NCBI GenBank assembly: GCA_029240695.1
Contig: JARDZU010000003.1
Location: forward strand, 1 to 36,668
Length of the DNA: 36,668 bases
Reading direction: 5' to 3'
DNA from: Acidimicrobiia bacterium
GTDB taxonomy: Bacteria; Actinomycetota; Acidimicrobiia; Spongiisociales; ZC4RG35
Shown one piece after another: positions 26,670 through 34,489 of this stretch. Position 1 is the stretch's first letter. Each line of letters opens with the position of its first letter. The notes under the pieces were generated by a model. The model did not search any database, was not told the DNA's origin, and saw only the letters and a program-made list of their open reading frames with translations. Position numbers and translations under genes: made by a program.

Positions 26670-28160
26670 TCACTCCTCCTGGTCGATCGCGGGGGCGGAA
26701 ACTACCAGCGGCCGCCGGACGCGCCACCAGGTGAGGAGCCCGATGAGGGCGGCGGCGATCATGACGACGTCGCCGGTTCTGGCGTAGAAGGACGGTGTGC
26801 GACCGGCGACCGCGCCGTAGATGATCTCCTGGGTACCCAGTCCGGTGGTTTTGCCATATACCCCCGATGCATCGATAAACGTCGACTTCCCGGTCACGGC
26901 GGCGTGAACCACGTCGAGACCGAGCTCTGCGGCGCGCATCCGGGTCATGCCGATGAACTGGTCGGTGCCGGGGGTGGTCCCATATGAGCCCTCGTTGGTG
27001 GCAACCACGATCAGATTCGCCCCCGCCTCGGCGTGTTGGCGGGGATAGCGGGAGAACCCGCCTTCGAAGGAGATCACGGACCCGATCTGCAGCAGACCTG
27101 TATCGAACACCACCGGACCCGTGCCCGGAATCATGTCCCGGGGCACCTGTTCCAGCTCGGGGATCCAGTCGAACAGCGGCCGAAACGGGATGTACTCCCC
27201 AAACGGAACCGGGTGCTGCTTGCGGTACTCACCGACGATCTCCCCCTTCGGATTGAAGACGATATTGACGTTCTCCCATTGAGTCTCACTCAGCGGGCGA
27301 TCGCTGCCGACCAGGAACCAGGCCCCGATTCGTCGTGCCTCTTCGGCGATCGCATTCCCCACCTCGGGGTTCTGCACCGGATCGGCGTTCAAGCCCCCGG
27401 TGGATCCCTCAGACCACACAACCAAATGCACGGAGCCCGGTTCGATCGTCCGGGTCAGGTCGAGGTGCTGGAAGAAGGTGCGCAACCGCTCGTCCGGCGG
27501 ACAGTGCTCGAAGGGACAAGGAGTGGATCCCTGGACGATCGCCACGTCTACAGCAGGGAGGGCCTCCGTCGGGCTGCTCGGCCACCACGACCAAACCGCG
27601 AAGACACCGATGGCGGCCAACGGAACCCCGAGGAGCGACCACTTGCGATGGCGAAAGGTGAGAGCGACCACGGTGGCCGCGACCAACACTGTCAGCACGG
27701 TGATTCCGCTGGTCCCGTATAGAGGCGCTAGCGCGCGGGCCCAGGCCTGGTCGGAGAGGGCGTACCCGGGCGCTCCCCACTCGAAGCCGTTGAAAGGGAA
27801 GTAGGACCGGATCAACTCCATGAGAGCCCAGCCCCCGACTGCCAACGCCAGCCATATCCCCAGGGTCCGGTGGTTGTATCCGGATAGCCACCACCCGTAG
27901 AGCACATGGAACCCCGCAAACGCAACGACCAAGGGGAACACTGCGACCAGGCCGAGTTCCCCGATCCACCAGATCAGACCACTGAAGAACGTAAGTCCGT
28001 AGAGGGCCCCGTAGAGAAGTCCTTGTGCGCGGCTTCCGGCCATCCGGAGCCCGGCAAGGAATAGGGCGATGCCGGGCAGGATCAGCCAGCCCGGCCCGAT
28101 TCGGGGGAAGGCCAGAGCTGATAGGGCGGCACCGGCGAGGACGAGAAGACCACCGATCAC
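26670..28160 (-). CDS. lnt: Apolipoprotein N-acyltransferase homologue (catalytic Cys replaced by Ser)
   Basis: N-terminal TMs, E.IRS..PFNGFEW, VVWSEG, YRKQHPVPFGEYIPFR, VISFE (canonical ICYE), TNEGSYG, RMRAAE, TGKS. Confidence 0.88.
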   Translation of the reverse strand: MIGGLLVLAGAALSALAFPRIGPGWLILPGIALFLAGLRMAGSRAQGLLYGALYGLTFFSGLIWWIGELGLVAVFPLVVAFAGFHVLYGWWLSGYNHRTLGIWLALAVGGWALMELIRSYFPFNGFEWGAPGYALSDQAWARALAPLYGTSGITVLTVLVAATVVALTFRHRKWSLLGVPLAAIGVFAVWSWWPSSPTEALPAVDVAIVQGSTPCPFEHCPPDERLRTFFQHLDLTRTIEPGSVHLVVWSEGSTGGLNADPVQNPEVGNAIAEEARRIGAWFLVGSDRPLSETQWENVNIVFNPKGEIVGEYRKQHPVPFGEYIPFRPLFDWIPELEQVPRDMIPGTGPVVFDTGLLQIGSVISFEGGFSRYPRQHAEAGANLIVVATNEGSYGTTPGTDQFIGMTRMRAAELGLDVVHAAVTGKSTFIDASGVYGKTTGLGTQEIIYGAVAGRTPSFYARTGDVVMIAAALIGLLTWWRVRRPLVVSAPAIDQEE

Positions 28161-28251
28161 CGGCGGGAGAGTATGCCGTGCTTGATTCTTTCTGCACTAC
28201 GCCACTCCCTGCATTGGGAACGCGGTGTGTGCTGGCCCGTATCCTGAAGCC

Positions 28252-29058
28252 ATGTGGGAAGGTGATGTTTGGGTTGCGGTGCGTGCGGCGCGGGCCGGCG
28301 CCGGCGTGGTGCGCCGTGGCTTCGACCAGGAGTTCACCACTGAGATGAAGGGAGTGGTGGACCCGGTCACAGAGATCGACCACGAGGCGGAATACGCCAT
28401 CACGAGCGTCATCGCATCGCATTTCCCCAACGACTCGATCCTGGCCGAAGAAGGGGGAGGAGCAGACTGGCGCAGCCGCCGGGTCTGGATCATCGATCCG
28501 CTGGACGGCACGGTCAATTTCGTCAATCGAATCCCCCAGGTCGCGGTATCGGTCGCCCTCTGGGACGAGGGAAGACCCTTGGTCGGCGTGGTCATCGATG
28601 TCGCCCGGGATGAGGAGTTCGTCGCCAGCCAGGGTGAGGGTGCTCGATCGAACGGGAGGCCTATCCGCGTCTCCGAAGCGGCAGCACTCCAGGACTCCCT
28701 GCTGGTCACCGGTTTCCCCTACGACCGGCAGGAGCATGCCCGTGCCTATCTTCACGTCATGGAGCAAGTGATGACGCGATCACGGGGTACGAGACGCATG
28801 GGGGCTGCCGCCCTCGACATGGCGTGGGTGGCCTGTGGACGATTCGACGGCTACTGGGAGCATGGCGGCCCAGCCGGCGTCAAGCCGTGGGACGCGGCGG
28901 CCGGGATGCTGCTGGTCACCGAGGCCGGTGGAACGGCGACGGACAGCAAGGGATCGACCAACGAGCTCCAGCCATCCGCATTCGTTGTGACCAACGGGAA
29001 GATCCACGAGGAACTGCGTCAGATCGTCGACGATTCGATGCCCGAGCATCTCCTCTGA
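28252..29058 (+). CDS. suhB: Inositol monophosphatase family protein
   Basis: DPVTEID, ILAEE, WIIDPLDGTVNF, TGFPY, RRMGAAALD, KPWDAAAG. ATG 28252 lies 6 nt after TATCCT. Confidence 0.9.
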   Translation: MWEGDVWVAVRAARAGAGVVRRGFDQEFTTEMKGVVDPVTEIDHEAEYAITSVIASHFPNDSILAEEGGGADWRSRRVWIIDPLDGTVNFVNRIPQVAVSVALWDEGRPLVGVVIDVARDEEFVASQGEGARSNGRPIRVSEAAALQDSLLVTGFPYDRQEHARAYLHVMEQVMTRSRGTRRMGAAALDMAWVACGRFDGYWEHGGPAGVKPWDAAAGMLLVTEAGGTATDSKGSTNELQPSAFVVTNGKIHEELRQIVDDSMPEHLL

Positions 29059-30296
29059 TGTATCACGACCACCACTTCCACCCGCTGGGCTACGCCGCCC
29101 TGGTGACCGGTCTGGAGCTCATGGATGCCCCGGACCTGGACACGGTGGCGCGTCGGGTCGGCGAATTCGCCAGCCGGGTGGAAGGCCCGGTGATCGGCCA
29201 ACGTCTCAACGACGAACGGCTAGCCGAACGGCGGCTGCCCACCCGGGAGGACCTGGACAATGCCGTCGGAGAACGACCCGTTCTGATCTACCGGTACTGC
29301 GGTCACATCGCGGTCGCCAACAGCGCAGCGTTGTCGCTCGCCGGGGTCGATCGCGACAGCACCGATCCGGAAGGTGGGTCATTCGACCGCGACCTGGCGG
29401 GTTTGCCCAACGGGGTGCTTCGAGAGACGGCGATCCAGACCGTCTCCTCGGCAATCGCCCCGCTGGTGACCGGCCCTCCTGACTCAGCCATCCTGCGCGC
29501 CCTCAGCGATCTCACCAGGATGGGCATCGGATCCGTGACCGGGATCGTCTCGGCGGGCGAGCCGCTCTGGTGCGGGGTCCGCGACGAGCTCGACGCCCTT
29601 TGCCGTCTTGCCCCAGCCCTGCCCATCGATGTCGACGTTTTGGTCATCGCCTCCGACACCCATCAGCTGGCCGAAGCGGCTGAGAAGATTCGCAACACAC
29701 AGGGCAGGATTCAATTCCTCGGGTGGAAGGACTTCGCCGATGGCAGCTTCGGTGGCCACACCGCGGCGATGCACGAGCCTTTCGCCGATCGCCCGGATAC
29801 CAGCGGCACTGATCGGCTCGACGCGGAGCATGTCATGACCATGGCTCGGGCCTCGATGATGCTGGGAGGTTCGGTCGCCATTCACGCCATCGGTGATCGG
29901 GCCAACGATCGGGTCCTCGATGTGTTCGAGGAACTGGTCGAAATGGGGGCCGACCCCGAGCGTCTTCGAGTCGAGCACGCCTCGCTATTGACGGACGCGG
30001 CGATCGAGCGGATGGCTCGGCTCGGCGTAACCGCTTCGGTCCAGCCCGCCTTCCTCGCGTCGGAGGGCGACTGGCTGGAAAAGCGCCTCGGAGAGGAGCG
30101 GATGAACCGGGTCTATCCCTTCCGGTCGTTGCTCGAAGCGGGGGTCAAGGTGATCGGTGGGAGCGACTCACCTGTCGAGCTGCCCGACCCGGCGATCGGT
30201 ATCGCCGCCGCGGTCGACCGGCCCGGATTCAACCAGTCGGAGACCCTGACCCCCGATCAGGCCGAGGCCCTCTTCGCCCCACCCGCCCGCTTCTGA
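29058..30296 (+). CDS. YtcJ-like amidohydrolase (Amidohydro_3), lacking terminal beta-sandwich segments
   Basis: DHHFH, R.CGH...NSAAL, PNGVLRE, K.FADGSFG..TAAM, IHAIGDRA, RVEHA, SVQP.F, GSDSPV. TGATG overlap with suhB. Confidence 0.85.
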   Translation: MYHDHHFHPLGYAALVTGLELMDAPDLDTVARRVGEFASRVEGPVIGQRLNDERLAERRLPTREDLDNAVGERPVLIYRYCGHIAVANSAALSLAGVDRDSTDPEGGSFDRDLAGLPNGVLRETAIQTVSSAIAPLVTGPPDSAILRALSDLTRMGIGSVTGIVSAGEPLWCGVRDELDALCRLAPALPIDVDVLVIASDTHQLAEAAEKIRNTQGRIQFLGWKDFADGSFGGHTAAMHEPFADRPDTSGTDRLDAEHVMTMARASMMLGGSVAIHAIGDRANDRVLDVFEELVEMGADPERLRVEHASLLTDAAIERMARLGVTASVQPAFLASEGDWLEKRLGEERMNRVYPFRSLLEAGVKVIGGSDSPVELPDPAIGIAAAVDRPGFNQSETLTPDQAEALFAPPARF

Positions 30297-30307
30297 GCGG
30301 GCTTCCC

Positions 30308-30356
30308 CGACACTCAGTCCCACAGCCCGTCCCCGGGTCGAGGGACCTCAGGTTCG
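30308..30356. repeat. Probable decayed copy of the 50-bp palindromic element
   Basis: Exact right arm CCTCAGGTTCG (30346-30356). Degenerate left arm CGACACTCAG. Inner pairs GTCCC/GGGAC and GCCCG/CGGGT. Confidence 0.45.
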
Positions 30357-31544
30357 CAGCATCGCGGCCAGAGCCGAATAATCGTCAGCGGTGTTGTGGA
30401 GATGGGCGGAGATGCGCAGCAATTGATGGGGCCATCGCGGCCAGTTCATGACGATGGTCGAAAAGCCGGCATCGAAGAGGTCGTCCATGATCGGGGACAG
30501 CTCGCCACCGGGGTCCGGGCCGGTGGCATCGGGTAGGACCACGGAGGCCATGGAGCCCACCATCCCGTCAGGCGCCGGCAAAGGGGTTGCGACCGTCTCC
30601 GAGATCAGATGCCTCCCATATAGAACGAGGTCGTGGTTGCGCTTCATCACGGCGTCCCAACCCCCGGCCTCCAACCCGCCCACCAGACGCAGGGCGTCGG
30701 GCACAACCGCCCAGGCGCTGAAATCGTCCGTGCCCAGCCAATCGAACAGCGCGTGGTACCGGTCCTTCGGGGCCTCGACCTCGGCGTTGTATCCGTGGGA
30801 GATGACAGCCGGCACCGTCATCTCGATCCGGTCGGCCCTCGAGTGGAGGAAAGCCGCCCCCTTGGGGGCGCACACCCACTTGTGCAGGTTCCCGGTGTAC
30901 CAGGACGACCCCAGGTCATCGATCGTCAATGGAACCTGACCCGGGCCATGCGCCCCGTCGACGACAACCGCGATATCGGGCTCGAGAGCCGCAACGATGT
31001 CCTGGATCGGAAATACAAGGGCCGTCGGTGACGTGACATGGTCGATGACGGCCAGCTTCGTCTTCGGCGTAACCGCGTCGAGGACCGCCTCGGTGACCTG
31101 ATCTGGGCTTTCGATCGGAAACGGCACCCGGGCCACCACCACGTCGGCCCCGGTCCGCTCGCCGGTGAACCGGAGGATCTGACGAACCGCGTTGTAGTCA
31201 TGGGCGGTGGTCAGCAACTGGTCGCCGGGCCGGAGCAAGGGCGCGAATGATTGAAGAACCGATGCGATCCCGGTGGTCGCGTTCAGCACCGGTGCCAGGC
31301 TGACTGGGTCGGCGCCCACGAATTCGCCAACAGCCTCCCGAGAACGGTCCATGGCAGGCTGCAGCTCCCTCCACACAAAACGGCTGGGATCGGCCTCGAA
31401 CCTGCGCCTCCAATCCGTCTGCAACTCGAGCACATCGTTCATCACCGCACCGAACGAGCCATGGTTGAGATGCCGGACTCCAGGATCAAGCGCCCATGTC
31501 GGTCGACCCTGCTCGTCATGCGAACCTGATGCAGTTCGTTGCAT
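30348..31544 (-). CDS. Class V PLP aminotransferase (isopenicillin-N epimerase / C-S lyase-like)
   Basis: W.LDP...LNHGSFGA, NATTG, DHVTSPTA, DGAHGPGQ, GNLHKWVCAPKG (PLP Lys), W.GT.D, RISAH..N. Confidence 0.88.
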   Translation of the reverse strand: MQRTASGSHDEQGRPTWALDPGVRHLNHGSFGAVMNDVLELQTDWRRRFEADPSRFVWRELQPAMDRSREAVGEFVGADPVSLAPVLNATTGIASVLQSFAPLLRPGDQLLTTAHDYNAVRQILRFTGERTGADVVVARVPFPIESPDQVTEAVLDAVTPKTKLAVIDHVTSPTALVFPIQDIVAALEPDIAVVVDGAHGPGQVPLTIDDLGSSWYTGNLHKWVCAPKGAAFLHSRADRIEMTVPAVISHGYNAEVEAPKDRYHALFDWLGTDDFSAWAVVPDALRLVGGLEAGGWDAVMKRNHDLVLYGRHLISETVATPLPAPDGMVGSMASVVLPDATGPDPGGELSPIMDDLFDAGFSTIVMNWPRWPHQLLRISAHLHNTADDYSALAAMLRT

Positions 31545-31570
31545 ATGTGCAACGTAGAGCCTCAGGTTCG
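31521..31570. repeat. 50-bp palindromic element, copy C
   Basis: CGAACCTGATG-cagttcgttgcatatgtgcaacgtagag-CCTCAGGTTCG (11+28+11). Same arms and length as copies A and B. Confidence 0.85.
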
Positions 31571-31600
31571 GTGTCGCGGCCCCTCGCTACCGTGGCGGGC

Positions 31601-33565
31601 ATGACGAATTTGGATTTTGGGTTCTCTCAGGTGACTGCGGACAAGGTGAGCGAGGGGATGGACGAGGCGCTCGAGGGTGCGCAAAAGCTCCTCGAGGCTC
31701 TCGTCGCGCCAAAAGGGACCCGGACGTTTGAGAACACCATGTTGCCCCTCGACCAGATCGCCGATTTGCTCTCCAAGGCCAATGCCACCCACGCCTTCAT
31801 GGGCTATGTCCACCCCGAGAAGGAGGTCCGCTCTCAGGCCAAGGCCGCCGAGGAGAAACTGGAGACCTTCGGCGTGGAAATGGTCTTCCGCGACGACCTC
31901 AATGCAGCCATCAAGGAGTACGCCGCCACCGATGAGGCGGAGAGCTTGGAGGGCGAAAAGGCTCGTCTGGTCGAGTTCACCCTCAGAGATCTGCGTCATG
32001 CCGGCCACGAGCTCTCACCCGAGGCGAGAGCCAGGGTCAAGGAGAGGACGCAGCGCCTTGTCGAGCTCGGGGTCCGCTTCCAAGAGAACATCGACGAATG
32101 GGAGGACCACATCCTCGTCGACCCGGAGGAGCTGGATGGTCTGCCTCCCAGCTTCGCCGAGTCGCTCGAGACCGACGCGGAGACGGGCAAGCTCAAGGTG
32201 ACTCTCGCCTACCCCCATCTCATACCATTCATCGAGAACGCCACACGCCGCGATCTGCGCGAAGAGTTGTCGTTCAAGTTCAACACACAGGCGGTCGAGG
32301 CCAACCGGAAGATCCTGGAGGAGGCCCGCGACCTGCGTCATCAGATTGCGGAGGAGTTCGGCGTCCCCAGCTGGTCCCATCACAGGCTCGAGGACAGGAT
32401 GGCCAAGGATCCGGAACGGGTGGCCGCGTTCTATGAAGACCTCGTGCCACCACTCACCAAGCAAGGCGAGATCGAACTAGCTCACTTGGGTGAGCTGCTC
32501 CAAGCCGACACAGGCGACAGCCAGATCCAGACCTGGGATTGGCGTTTCTACGACACCCAGCAGCGTCGCACCGACTACGGCGTCGATCCCTTCGAGGTGG
32601 CCAACTACTTCCCGCTCGACTCGGTGCTCGGCGGGATGTTCGATTTGGTCCAGGAGACTTTCGGCCTCGAGTTCCGCGAAACCCAGGATCCGGACGTCTG
32701 GCATCCCGATGTGCGTCTGTTCGCCATCCACGACGCCGGGAGCGGCGACGAGCTCGCCCACTTCTATCTCGATCTCTTCCCGCGCGAGGGCAAGTACGGC
32801 CATGCCGCCGAGTTCCCATTGGTAATGAGCCGACGACTGGAGGACGGTTCATATCAGAACCCCGTGTGCGCCATGGTCGCCAACTTCACCAAGCCGACCG
32901 CCTCGGCTCCATCCTTGCTCCAACACGGCGAGGTCGAAACGCTCTTCCACGAGTTCGGCCATGTCCTCCACCAGAACCTGGGCAGGACCGAGCTCGCCAG
33001 GTTCGCCGGGACCAGCGTGGAGAGAGACTTCGTGGAGGCGCCGAGTCAAATCATGCAGCATTGGGTGTGGCGCGCCGACGTTCTCAGCCGTTTCGCCCGC
33101 CACCACCAGACCGGTGACCCCATCCCCGATCACCTGGTCGAGCAACTGGTCGCCGCTCGCCAGCTCAACGTGTCCATCCACCAGCTCCGCCAGCTCCAAT
33201 ACGGGTGGTGGGACCAGACGATCCACGGGACCGACCCAGAGATCGACCTCGACATCGTCCTCCGGGACGGGGCAACGCTGGGCCTTATCCCGTTCCACGA
33301 GGGCACGTTCGCCCTTGCCTCGTTCGGCCACCTCATGGGGGGTTACGACGCCGCCTATTACGGGTACATGTGGTCCGAAGTGTTCGGAGACGACATGTTT
33401 TCCCGGTTCGAGGATGAGGGAGTCACCAACCCGGAGGTCGGAATGGCCTACCGGCGTGAGGTGTTGGAAAAGGGCGGCTCGGTAGATGCCGATGAGATGC
33501 TCAGTGCTTTTCTGGGTCGTGAGCCCGACAACACCGCATTCCTGAGGAAGCTCGGCATCGAGTGA
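31601..33565 (+). CDS. M3 family metallopeptidase (thimet oligopeptidase / oligopeptidase A-like)
   Basis: WHPDV, FYLDLFPREGKYGHA, TLFHEFGHVLH (HExxH), DFVEAPSQ, GGYDAAYYGYMWSEV. ATG 31601 lies 7 nt after TACCGT. Confidence 0.93.
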   Translation: MTNLDFGFSQVTADKVSEGMDEALEGAQKLLEALVAPKGTRTFENTMLPLDQIADLLSKANATHAFMGYVHPEKEVRSQAKAAEEKLETFGVEMVFRDDLNAAIKEYAATDEAESLEGEKARLVEFTLRDLRHAGHELSPEARARVKERTQRLVELGVRFQENIDEWEDHILVDPEELDGLPPSFAESLETDAETGKLKVTLAYPHLIPFIENATRRDLREELSFKFNTQAVEANRKILEEARDLRHQIAEEFGVPSWSHHRLEDRMAKDPERVAAFYEDLVPPLTKQGEIELAHLGELLQADTGDSQIQTWDWRFYDTQQRRTDYGVDPFEVANYFPLDSVLGGMFDLVQETFGLEFRETQDPDVWHPDVRLFAIHDAGSGDELAHFYLDLFPREGKYGHAAEFPLVMSRRLEDGSYQNPVCAMVANFTKPTASAPSLLQHGEVETLFHEFGHVLHQNLGRTELARFAGTSVERDFVEAPSQIMQHWVWRADVLSRFARHHQTGDPIPDHLVEQLVAARQLNVSIHQLRQLQYGWWDQTIHGTDPEIDLDIVLRDGATLGLIPFHEGTFALASFGHLMGGYDAAYYGYMWSEVFGDDMFSRFEDEGVTNPEVGMAYRREVLEKGGSVDADEMLSAFLGREPDNTAFLRKLGIE

Positions 33566-33664
33566 TGCTCAGGTCGCCGACCCGCCATGCCGATGACCAT
33601 GAGTACATCGCCGCAGGCTGGTCTGGCGATGGTCGGTGACCCGGAGGTAGACTGGGGTTTCCAG

Positions 33665-33690
33665 GGAACCGATTCGGGCTTCCCGACGTC
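33665..33690 (+). promoter_or_regulatory. Putative ECF (SigE/SigH-type) promoter GGAAC-N17-CGTC
   Basis: GGAAC 33665-33669, 17-nt spacer, CGTC 33687-33690. Lies about 155 nt upstream of the small gene at 33845. Confidence 0.45.
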
Positions 33691-33844
33691 TCAATCCCAG
33701 GAGCGGTTGTTTACCGCCGCTTTAAGGGCTGGCTCGCACAGTGATGGTGCGCACGAGAATCCTCCGGGATCCTCGTACCGGCAAAGAATCAGATCACAAG
33801 AGACTTGAACTAATCACCGGCCCAGGTCAAGGAGGGCCACTGAA

Positions 33845-34042
33845 ATGACAGACATCGTTAGAGGGGCCGCCATCAAGGGCATGACCCGACCTTCGAAGAG
33901 ATTCAACGAAGGCCGCGTCTGCGCCAAGAAGGGCTGCACCACCAAGCTTTCCCAATACAACAAGGCGGAGTACTGCCATGCTCATGCCCCGGTCCGGTTC
34001 CCCCGGGTCCGCGGCAAGATCATGGACGGACAAGACGCCTGA
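33845..34042 (+). CDS. Small basic hypothetical protein with C-x4-C-x12-C-x2-H putative zinc finger
   Basis: Strong RBS AAGGAGGG and GC-rich third codon positions. Motif RVCAKKGCTTKLSQYNKAEYCHAH, followed by RFPRVRG. Confidence 0.8.
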   Translation: MTDIVRGAAIKGMTRPSKRFNEGRVCAKKGCTTKLSQYNKAEYCHAHAPVRFPRVRGKIMDGQDA

Positions 34043-34086
34043 GGACTCTGACCGGGACAGGTCCTCTCCCCCTCCCCGTTCCGAGT

Positions 34087-34134
34087 CAGAAAATGCAAAA
34101 CGCATCGGCGATGCCGGTGCGTTTTGCGCGTCTG
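34087..34134. terminator. Long hairpin (bidirectional terminator or REP-like element)
   Basis: GCAAAACGCATCGGC (34095-34109)-GAT-GCCGGTGCGTTTTGC (34113-34127), extended by CAGA/TCTG. Confidence 0.6.
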
Positions 34135-34169
34135 GTGGCCGACAGGAAGCAACGGGTAGCCTCGATGTC

Positions 34170-34379
34170 ATGAGCGAGGTTCTCCTGCAGGCTCCCGAGA
34201 TCCACTGCGATCAGTGCAAGACGAGCATCGAAGGCGCCGTCGGGATCATCGATGGCGTGCAATCGGTGGAGGTCGGCATCGCAGATGCCACGGTGAGAGT
34301 CGCCTACGACGACGCCCGCGTCGAGCTCGGCTCGATCAAGAAGGCCATTGAGGCGCAGGGCTACGCCGTATTCGGCTGA
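34170..34379 (+). CDS. copZ: Heavy-metal-associated (HMA) domain protein, CopZ-like chaperone
   Basis: 69 aa. IHCDQC (CxxC), GV.SVEV, V.YD, I..AIE.QGY. ATG 34170 lies 7 nt after TAGCCT. Confidence 0.85.
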   Translation: MSEVLLQAPEIHCDQCKTSIEGAVGIIDGVQSVEVGIADATVRVAYDDARVELGSIKKAIEAQGYAVFG

Positions 34380-34489
34380 CAGAGGCGCTTCCCGGGCCGT
34401 GGAGGCAGCAGTTTCAGTGCCGCGTTTGGTGCGGTTTCGCCCCGACCCGGAGTGAATCCCTAGTCGGGGACGAGGAGTAGGTTGGAGCG

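Noticed and set aside
27409-28767. 452-aa minus-strand ORF spanning lnt and suhB
   Set aside because: Out-of-frame/antisense overlap with two well-supported genes; Arg/Pro-rich shadow composition.
28824-29057. Upstream extension that could restore the missing N-terminus of the amidohydrolase
   Set aside because: Lies out of frame within suhB and translates to Arg/Gly-rich sequence with no beta-sandwich or PG motif.
33587-33808. 73-aa ORF in the gap before the zinc-finger gene
   Set aside because: No RBS or leaderless -10, weak codon bias and no motifs. The region is better explained as promoter plus leader.
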